NCBI RefSeq assembly: GCF_009914755.1
Contig: NC_060936.1
Origin: the human T2T-CHM13v2.0 reference genome, Homo sapiens
Length of the DNA: 64,000 nt
Direction: 5' to 3' (one strand)
This document shows, piece by piece, positions 50,777 to 61,800 of this stretch. Under the pieces are notes generated by a model, which searched no databases, was not told the DNA's origin, and saw nothing but the letters and a program-made list of their open reading frames with translations. Numbering within the stretch: position 1 is the stretch's first letter; every line of letters begins with the position of its first letter. Both the position numbers and the translations under genes were made by a program.

Positions 50777-53700
50777 ATTCTATGAAGAAATCCCGTTTCC
50801 AACGAAGGCCTCAAAGAGGTCAAATATCTGCTTGCAGACTTTACAGACAGAGTGTTTCCAAACTACTCTATGAAAAGAAAGCTTAAACTCCTTGAGTTGA
50901 ACGCACACATCACAAAGTAGTTTCTGAGAATGATTCTGTCTAGTTTTTATACGAAGATGTTTCCTTTTCTACATTTGGTCTCAAAGCTCTTGAAATCTCC
51001 AACTGGAAACTGCACAAATAGGCTGTTTCAAATCTGCTCTGTCTAAAGGAAGGTTCAACTCTGTGAGTTGAATACACACACCACAAATAAGTTACTGAGA
51101 ATTCTTCTGTCGAACATTACTTGAAGAAATCCCGTTTCCAACGAAGGCCTCAAAGAGGTCCAAATATCCACTTGCAGACGTTACAAACAGAGTGTTTCCA
51201 AACTGCTCCATCAAAAGAAAGGTTAAACTCTGTGAGCTGAACACACACATCAAAAAGAAGTTTCTGTGAATGATTCTGTCTAGATTTTATAAGAAGATGT
51301 TTCCTTTTCTACCGTAGGCCTCAAAGCGCTTGAAATCTCCAGCTGCAAATTCCACAAAAAGGGTGTTTAACATCTGCTCTTCTAAAGGAAAGTTCAACTC
51401 TATGAGTTGAATACACACAGCACAAAGAAGTTACTGAGACTTCTCCTATCAAACATTATATGAAGAAATCCCGTTTCCAACGAAGGCCTCAAAGAGGTCC
51501 AAATATCTGCTTGCAGACTTTACAGACAGAGTGTTTCCAAACTGCTCCATCAAAAGAAAGGTTAAACTCCTTGAGTTGAACACACACATCACAAAGTAGT
51601 TTCTGTGAATGATTCTGTCTAGTTTTTATACGAAGATGTTTCCTTTTCTACCTTTGGTCTCAAAGCGATTGAAATCTCCACATGGAAACTCCACAAAAAG
51701 AGTGTTTCAAATCTGCTCTTTCTGAAGGAAGGTTCAACTCTGTGAGTTGAATACACACACCACAAATAAGTTACTGAGAATTCTTCTGTGTAACATTATA
51801 TGAGGAAATCCCGTTTCCAACGAAGGCCTCAAAGAGGTCCAAATATCCACTTGCAGACTTTACAAAGACAGTGTCTCCAAACTCCTCCATCAAAAGAAAG
51901 GTTATACTCTGTGAATTGAACGCATACATCACAAAGTAGTTTCTGAGAATGATTCTGTCTAGTTTTTATACGAAGATATTTCCTTTTCTACATTTGGCCT
52001 AAAAGCGCTTGAAATCTCCACCTGCAAATATCACAAAAAGAGGGTTTCACATCTGCTCTGTCTAAAGGACAGTTCACCTCTGTGAGTTGAATAGAGGCAA
52101 CACAAAGAACTTACTCAGTATTCTTCTTTCTAGCATTCTATGAAGAAATCCCGTTTCCAACGAAGGCCTCAAAGAGGTCCAAATATCTGCTTGCAGACTT
52201 TACAGACAGAGTTTTTCCAAACTGCTCCATCAAAAGAAAGGTTAAACTCCTTGAGTTGAACACACACATCACAAAGTAGTTTCTGTGAATGATTCTGTCT
52301 AGTTTTTATACGAAGATGTTTCCTTTTCTACCTTTGGTCTCAAAGCGATTGAAATCTCCACATGGAAACTCCACAAAAAGAGTGTTTCAAATCTGCTCTT
52401 TCTGAAGGAAGGTTCAACTCTGTGAGTTGAATACACACACCACAAATAAGTTACTGAGAATTCTTCTGTGTAACATTATATGAGGAAATCCCGTTTCCAA
52501 CGAAGGCCTCAAAGAGGTCCAAATATCCACTTGCAGACTTTACAAAGACAGTGTCTCCAAACTCCTCCATCAAAAGAAAGGTTATACTCTGTGAATTGAA
52601 CGCACACATCACAAAGTAGTTTCTGAGAATGATTCTGTCTAGTTTTTATACGAAGATATTTCCTTTTCTACATTTGGCCTAAAAGCGCTTGAAATCTCCA
52701 CCTGCAAATATCACAAAAAGAGGGTTTCACATCTGCTCTGTCTAAAGGACAGTTCACCTCTGTGAGTTGAATAGAGGCAACACAAAGAACTTACTCAGTA
52801 TTCTTCTTTCTAGCATTCTATGAAGAAATCCCGTTTCCAACGAAGGCCCCAAAGAGGTCCAAATATCTGCTTGCAGACTTTACAGACAGAGTTTTTCCAA
52901 ACTGCTCCATCAAAAGAAAGGTTAAACTCCTTGAGTTGAACACACACATCACAAAGTAGTTTCTGTGAATGATTCTGTCTAGTTTTTATAAGAAGATGTT
53001 TCCTTTTCTACCTTTTGTCTCAAAGCGATTGAAATCTCCACATGGAAACTCCTCAAAAAGAGTGTTTCAAATCTGCTCTTTCTGAAGGAAGGTTCAACTC
53101 TGTGAGTTGAATACACAAACCACAAATAAGTTACTGAGAATTCTTCTGTGTAACATTATATGAGGAAATCCCGTTTCCAACGAAGGCCTCAAAGAGGTCC
53201 AAATATCCACTTGCGGACATTACAAACAGTGTGTTTCCCAACTGCTCCATCAAAAGAAAGGTTAAACTCTGTGAGCTGAACACACACATCAAAAAGAAGT
53301 TTCTGTGAATGATTCTGTCTAGATTTTATAAGAAGATGTTTCCTTTTCTACCGTAGGCCTCAAAGCGCTTGAAATCTCCACCTGCAAATATCACAAAAAG
53401 AGGGTTTCACATCTGCTCTGTCTAAAGGACAGTTCACCTCTGTGAGTTGAATAGAGGCAACACAAAGAACTTACTCAGTATTCTTCTTTCTAGCGTTCTA
53501 TGAAGAAATCCCGTTTCCAACGAAGGCCTCAAAGAGGTCAAATATCTGCTTGCAGACTTTACAGACAGAGTGTTTCCAAACTACTCTATGAAAAGAAAGC
53601 TTAAACTCCTTGAGTTGAACGCACACATCACAAAGTAGTTTCTGAGAATGATTCTGTCTAGTTTTTATACGAAGATGTTTCCTTTTCTACATTTGGTCTC

Positions 53701-56700
53701 AAAGCTCTTGAAATCTCCAACTGGAAACTGCACAAATAGGCTGTTTTAAATCTGCTCTGTCTAAAGGAAGGTTCAACTCTGTGAGTTGAATACACACACC
53801 ACAAATAAGTTACTGAGAATCCTTCTGTCGAACATTACAGGAAGAAATCCCGTTTCCAACGAAGGCCTCAAAGAGGTCCAAATATCCACTTGCGGACATT
53901 ACAAACAGTGTGTTTCCCAACTGCTCCATCAAAAGAAAGGTTAAACTCTGTGAGCTGAACACACACATCAAAAAGAAGTTTCTGTGAATGATTCTGTCTA
54001 GATTTTATAAGAAGATGTTTCCTTTTCTACCGTAGGCCTCAAAGCGCTTGAAATCTCCAGCTGCAAATTCCACAAAAAGGGTGTTTAACATCTGCTCTTC
54101 TAAAGGAAAGTTCAACTCTATGAGTTCAATACACACAGCACAAAGAAGTTACTGAGACTTCTCCTATCAAACATTATATGAAGAAATCCCGTTTCCAACG
54201 AAGGCCTCAAAGAGGTCCAAATATCTGCTTGCAGACTTTACAGACAGAGTGTTTCCAAACTGCTCCATCAAAAGAAAGGTTAAACTCCTTGAGTTGAACA
54301 CACACATCACAAAGTAGTTTCTGTGAATGATTCTGTCTAGTTTTTATACGAAGATGTTTCCTTTTCTACCTTTGGTCTCAAAGCGATTGAAATCTCCACA
54401 TGGAAACTCCACAAAAAGAGTGTTTCAAATCTGCTCTTTCTGAAGGAAGGTTCAACTCTGTGAGTTGAATACACACACCACAAATAAGTTACTGAGAATT
54501 CTTCTGTGTAACATTATATGAGGAAATCCCGTTTCCAACGAAGGCCTCAAAGAGGTCCAAATATCCACTTGCAGACTTTACAAAGACAGTGTCTCCAAAC
54601 TCCTCCATCAAAAGAAAGGTTATACTCTGTGAATTGAATGCACACATCACAAAGTAGTTTCTGAGAATGATTCTGTCTAGTTTTTATACGAAGATATTTC
54701 CTTTTCTACATTTGGCCTAAAAGCGCTTGAAATCTCCACCTGCAAATATCACAAAAAGAGGGTTTCACATCTGCTCTGTCTAAAGGACAGTTCACCTCTG
54801 TGAGTTGAATAGAGGCAACACAAAGAACTTACTCAGTATTCTTCTTTCTAGCATTCTATGAAGAAATCCCGTTTCCAACGAAGGCCCCAAAGAGGTCCAA
54901 ATATCTGCTTGCAGACTTTACAGACAGAGTTTTTCCAAACTGCTCCATCAAAAGAAAGGTTAAACTCCTTGAGTTGAACACACACATCACAAAGTAGTTT
55001 CTGTGAATGATTCTGTCTAGTTTTTATAAGAAGATGTTTCCTTTTCTACCTTTGGTCTCAAAGCGATTGAAATCTCCACATGGAAACTCCTCAAAAAGAG
55101 TGTTTCAAATCTGCTCTTTCTGAAGGAAGGTTCAACTCTGTGAGTTGAATACACACACCACAAATAAGTTACTGAGAATTCTTCTGTGTAACATTATATG
55201 AGGAAATCCCGTTTCCAACGAAGGCCTCAAAGAGGTCCAAATATCCACTTGCGGACATTACAAACAGTGTGTTTCCCAACTGCTCCATCAAAAGAAAGGT
55301 TAAACTCTGTGAGCTGAACACACACATCAAAAAGAAGTTTCTGTGAATGATTCTGTCTAGATTTTATAAGAAGATGTTTCCTTTTCTACCGTAGGCCTCA
55401 AAGCGCTTGAAATCTCCAGCTGCAAATTCCACAAAAAGGGTGTTTAACATCTGCTCTTCTAAAGGAAAGTTCAACTCTATGAGTTGAATACACACAGCAC
55501 AAAGAAGTTACTGAGACTTCTCCTATCAAACATTATATGAAGAAATCCCGTTTCCAACGAAGGCCTCAAAGAGGTCCAAATGTCTGCTTGCAGACTTTAC
55601 AGACAGAGTGTTTCCAAACTGCTCCATCAAAAGAAAGGTTAAACTCCTTGAGTTGAACACACACATCACAAAGTAGTTTCTGTGAATGATTCTGTCTAGT
55701 TTTTATACGAAGATGTTTCCTTTTCTACCTTTGGTCTCAAAGCGATTGAAATCTCCACATGGAAACTCCACAAAAAGAGTGTTTCAAATCTGCTCTTTCT
55801 GAAGGAAGGTTCAACTCTGTGAGTTGAATACACACACCACAAATAAGTTACTGAGAATTCTTCTGTGTAACATTATATGAGGAAATCCCGTTTCCAACGA
55901 AGGCCTCAAAGAGGTCCAAATATCCACTTGCAGACTTTACAAAGACAGTGTCTCCAAACTCCTCCATCAAAAGAAAGGTTATACTCTGTGAATTGAACGC
56001 ACACATCACAAAGTAGTTTCTGAGAATGATTCTGTCTAGTTTTTATACGAAGATATTTCCTTTTCTACATTTGGCCTAAAAGCGCTTGAAATCTCCACCT
56101 GCAAATATCACAAAAAGAGGGTTTCACATCTGCTCTGTCTAAAGGACAGTTCACCTCTGTGAGTTGAATAGAGGCAACACAAAGAACTTACTCAGTATTC
56201 TTCTTTCTAGCATTCTATGAAGAAATCCCGTTTCCAACGAAGGCCTCAAAGAGGTCAAATATCTGCTTGCAGACTTTACAGACAGAGTGTTTCCAAACTA
56301 CTCTATGAAAAGAAAGCTTAAACTCCTTGAGTTGAACGCACACATCACAAAGTAGTTTCTGAGAATGATTCTGTCTAGTTTTTATACGAAGATGTTTCCT
56401 TTTCTACATTTGGTCTCAAAGCTCTTGAAATCTCCAACTGGAAACTGCACAAATAGGCTGTTTCAAATCTGCTCTGTCTAAAGGAAGGTTCAACTCTGTG
56501 AGTTGAATACACACACCACAAATAAGTTACTGAGAATTCTTCTGTCGAACATTACTTGAAGAAATCCCGTTTCCAACGAAGGCCTCAAAGAGGTCCAAAT
56601 ATCCACTTGCAGACGTTACAAACAGAGTGTTTCCAAACTGCTCCATCAAAAGAAAGGTTAAACTCTGTGAGCTGAACACACACATCAAAAAGAAGTTTCT

Positions 56701-58815
56701 GTGAATGATTCTGTCTAGATTTTATAAGAAGATGTTTCCTTTTCTACCGTAGGCCTCAAAGCGCTTGAAATCTCCAGCTGCAAATTCCACAAAAAGGGTG
56801 TTTAACATCTGCTCTTCTAAAGGAAAGTTCAACTCTATGAGTTGAATACACACAGCACAAAGAAGTTACTGAGACTTCTCCTATCAAACATTATATGAAG
56901 AAATCCCGTTTCCAACGAAGGCCTCAAAGAGGTCCAAATATCTGCTTGCAGACTTTACAGACAGAGTGTTTCCAAACTGCTCCATCAAAAGAAAGGTTAA
57001 ACTCCTTGAGTTGAACACACACATCACAAAGTAGTTTCTGTGAATGATTCTGTCTAGTTTTTATACGAAGATGTTTCCTTTTCTACCTTTGGTCTCAAAG
57101 CGATTGAAATCTCCACATGGAAACTCCACAAAAAGAGTGTTTCAAATCTGCTCTTTCTGAAGGAAGGTTCAACTCTGTGAGTTGAATACACACACCACAA
57201 ATAAGTTACTGAGAATTCTTCTGTGTAACATTATATGAGGAAATCCCGTTTCCAACGAAGGCCTCAAAGAGGTCCAAATATCCACTTGCAGACTTTACAA
57301 AGACAGTGTCTCCAAACTCCTCCATCAAAAGAAAGGTTATACTCTGTGAATTGAACGCATACATCACAAAGTAGTTTCTGAGAATGATTCTGTCTAGTTT
57401 TTATACGAAGATATTTCCTTTTCTACATTTGGCCTAAAAGCGCTTGAAATCTCCACCTGCAAATATCACAAAAAGAGGGTTTCACATCTGCTCTGTCTAA
57501 AGGACAGTTCACCTCTGTGAGTTGAATAGAGGCAACACAAAGAACTTACTCAGTATTCTTCTTTCTAGCATTCTATGAAGAAATCCCGTTTCCAACGAAG
57601 GCCTCAAAGAGGTCCAAATATCTGCTTGCAGACTTTACAGACAGAGTTTTTCCAAACTGCTCCATCAAAAGAAAGGTTAAACTCCTTGAGTTGAACACAC
57701 ACATCACAAAGTAGTTTCTGTGAATGATTCTGTCTAGTTTTTATACGAAGATGTTTCCTTTTCTACCTTTGGTCTCAAAGCGATTGAAATCTCCACATGG
57801 AAACTCCACAAAAAGAGTGTTTCAAATCTGCTCTTTCTGAAGGAAGGTTCAACTCTGTGAGTTGAATACACACACCACAAATAAGTTACTGAGAATTCTT
57901 CTGTGTAACATTATATGAGGAAATCCCGTTTCCAACGAAGGCCTCAAAGAGGTCCAAATATCCACTTGCAGACTTTACAAAGACAGTGTCTCCAAACTCC
58001 TCCATCAAAAGAAAGGTTATACTCTGTGAATTGAACGCACACATCACAAAGTAGTTTCTGAGAATGATTCTGTCTAGTTTTTATACGAAGATATTTCCTT
58101 TTCTACATTTGGCCTAAAAGCGCTTGAAATCTCCACCTGCAAATATCACAAAAAGAGGGTTTCACATCTGCTCTGTCTAAAGGACAGTTCACCTCTGTGA
58201 GTTGAATAGAGGCAACACAAAGAACTTACTCAGTATTCTTCTTTCTAGCATTCTATGAAGAAATCCCGTTTCCAACGAAGGCCCCAAAGAGGTCCAAATA
58301 TCTGCTTGCAGACTTTACAGACAGAGTTTTTCCAAACTGCTCCATCAAAAGAAAGGTTAAACTCCTTGAGTTGAACACACACATCACAAAGTAGTTTCTG
58401 TGAATGATTCTGTCTAGTTTTTATAAGAAGATGTTTCCTTTTCTACCTTTTGTCTCAAAGCGATTGAAATCTCCACATGGAAACTCCTCAAAAAGAGTGT
58501 TTCAAATCTGCTCTTTCTGAAGGAAGGTTCAACTCTGTGAGTTGAATACACAAACCACAAATAAGTTACTGAGAATTCTTCTGTGTAACATTATATGAGG
58601 AAATCCCGTTTCCAACGAAGGCCTCAAAGAGGTCCAAATATCCACTTGCGGACATTACAAACAGTGTGTTTCCCAACTGCTCCATCAAAAGAAAGGTTAA
58701 ACTCTGTGAGCTGAACACACACATCAAAAAGAAGTTTCTGTGAATGATTCTGTCTAGATTTTATAAGAAGATGTTTCCTTTTCTACCGTAGGCCTCAAAG
58801 CGCTTGAAATCTCCA
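48720..58815. repeat. Direct repeat at 5435-bp offset (32 monomers): about 48720-53380 matches about 54155-58815
   Basis: Markers: ccttttgtc (53016/58451), cacaaacc, gaatgc (49204/54639) and gcatac (51925/57360). The copies are separated by a unique mosaic segment at 53315-54150. Confidence 0.87.
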
Positions 58816-61800
58816 GCTGCAAATTCCACAAAAAGGGTGTTTAACATCTGCTCTTCTAAAGGAAAGTTCAACTCTATGAGTTGAATACACACAGCACAAA
58901 GAAGTTACTGAGACTTCTCCTATCAAACATTATATGAAGAAATCCCGTTTCCAACGAAGGCCTCAAAGAGGTCCAAATGTCTGCTTGCAGACTTTACAGA
59001 CAGAGTGTTTCCAAACTGCTCCATCAAAAGAAAGGTTAAACTCCTTGAGTTGAACACACACATCACAAAGTAGTTTCTGTGAATGATTCTGTCTAGTTTT
59101 TATACGAAGATGTTTCCTTTTCTACCTTTGGTCTCAAAGCGATTGAAATCTCCACATGGAAACTCCACAAAAAGAGTGTTTCAAATCTGCTCTTTCTGAA
59201 GGAAGGTTCAACTCTGTGAGTTGAATACACACACCACAAATAAGTTACTGAGAATTCTTCTGTGTAACATTATATGAGGAAATCCCGTTTCCAACGAAGG
59301 CCTCAAAGAGGTCCAAATATCCACTTGCAGACTTTACAAAGACAGTGTCTCCAAACTCCTCCATCAAAAGAAAGGTTATACTCTGTGAATTGAACGCACA
59401 CATCACAAAGTAGTTTCTGAGAATGATTCTGTCTAGTTTTTATACGAAGATATTTCCTTTTCTACATTTGGCCTAAAAGCGCTTGAAATCTCCACCTGCA
59501 AATATCACAAAAAGAGGGTTTCACATCTGCTCTGTCTAAAGGACAGTTCACCTCTGTGAGTTGAATAGAGGCAACACAAAGAACTTACTCAGTATTCTTC
59601 TTTCTAGCGTTCTATGAAGAAATCCCGTTTCCAACGAAGGCCTCAAAGAGGTCAAATATCTGCTTGCAGACTTTACAGACAGAGTGTTTCCAAACTACTC
59701 TATGAAAAGAAAGCTTAAACTCCTTGAGTTGAACGCACACATCACAAAGTAGTTTCTGAGAATGATTCTGTCTAGTTTTTATACGAAGATGTTTCCTTTT
59801 CTACATTTGGTCTCAAAGCTCTTGAAATCTCCAACTGGAAACTGCACAAATAGGCTGTTTCAAATCTGCTCTGTCTAAAGGAAGGTTCAACTCTGTGAGT
59901 TGAATACACACACCACAAATAAGTTACTGAGAATTCTTCTGTCGAACATTACTTGAAGAAATCCCGTTTCCAACGAAGGCCTCAAAGAGGTCCAAATATC
60001 CACTTGCAGACGTTACAAACAGAGTGTTTCCAAACTGCTCCATCAAAAGAAAGGTTAAACTCTGTGAGCTGAACACACACATCAAAAAGAAGTTTCTGTG
60101 AATGATTCTGTCTAGATTTTATAAGAAGATGTTTCCTTTTCTACCGTAGGCCTCAAAGCGCTTGAAATCTCCAGCTGCAAATTCCACAAAAAGGGTGTTT
60201 AACATCTGCTCTTCTAAAGGAAAGTTCAACTCTATGAGTTGAATACACACAGCACAAAGAAGTTACTGAGACTTCTCCTATCAAACATTATATGAAGAAA
60301 TCCCGTTTCCAACGAAGGCCTCAAAGAGGTCCAAATATCTGCTTGCAGACTTTACAGACAGAGTGTTTCCAAACTGCTCCATCAAAAGAAAGGTTAAACT
60401 CCTTGAGTTGAACACACACATCACAAAGTAGTTTCTGTGAATGATTCTGTCTAGTTTTTATACGAAGATGTTTCCTTTTCTACCTTTGGTCTCAAAGCGA
60501 TTGAAATCTCCACATGGAAACTCCACAAAAAGAGTGTTTCAAATCTGCTCTTTCTGAAGGAAGGTTCAACTCTGTGAGTTGAATACGCACACCACAAATA
60601 AGTTACTGAGAATTCTTCTGTGTAACATTATATGAGGAAATCCCGTTTCCAACGAAGGCCTCAAAGAGGTCCAAATATCCACTTGCAGACTTTACAAAGA
60701 CAGTGTCTCCAAACTCCTCCATCAAAAGAAAGGTTATACTCTGTGAATTGAACGCACACATCACAAAGTAGTTTCTGAGAATGATTCTGTCTAGTTTTTA
60801 TACGAAGATATTTCCTTTTCTACATTTGGCCTAAAAGCGCTTGAAATCTCCACCTGCAAATATCACAAAAAGAGGGTTTCACATCTGCTCTGTCTAAAGG
60901 ACAGTTCACCTCTGTGAGTTGAATAGAGGCAACACAAAGAACTTACTCAGTATTCTTCTTTCTAGCGTTCTATGAAGAAATCCCGTTTCCAACGAAGGCC
61001 TCAAAGAGGTCAAATATCTGCTTGCAGACTTTACAGACAGAGTGTTTCCAAACTACTCTATGAAAAGAAAGCTTAAACTCCTTGAGTTGAACGCACACAT
61101 CACAAAGTAGTTTCTGAGAATGATTCTGTCTAGTTTTTATACGAAGATGTTTCCTTTTCTACATTTGGTCTCAAAGCGATTGAAATCTCCAACTGGAAAC
61201 TGCACAAATAGGCTGTTTCAAATCTGCTCTGTCTAAAGGAAGGTTCAGCTCTGTGAGTTGAATACACACACCACAAATAAGTTACTGAGAATTCTTCTGT
61301 CGAACATTACAGGAAGAAATCCCGTTTCCAACGAAGGCCTCAAAGAGCTCCAAATATCCACTTGCAGACATTACAAACAGTGTGTTTCCCAACTGCTCCA
61401 TCAAAAGAAAGGTTAAACTCTGTGAGCTGAACACACACATCAAAAAGAAGTTTCTGTGAATGATTCTGTCTAGATTTTATAAGAAGATGTTTCCTTTTCT
61501 ACCGTAGGCCTCAAAGCGCTTGAAATCTCCAGCTGCAAATTCCACAAAAAGGGTGTTTAACATCTGCTCTTCTAAAGGAAAGTTCAACTCTATGAGTTGA
61601 ATACACACAGCACAAAGAAGTTACTGAGACTTCTCCTATCAAACATTATATGAAGAAATCCCGTTTCCAACGAAGGCCTCAAAGAGGTCCAAATATCTGC
61701 TTGCAGACTTTACAGACAGAGTGTTTCCAAACTGCTCCATCAAAAGAAAGGTTAAACTCCTTGAGTTGAACACACACATCACAAAGTAGTTTCTGTGAAT

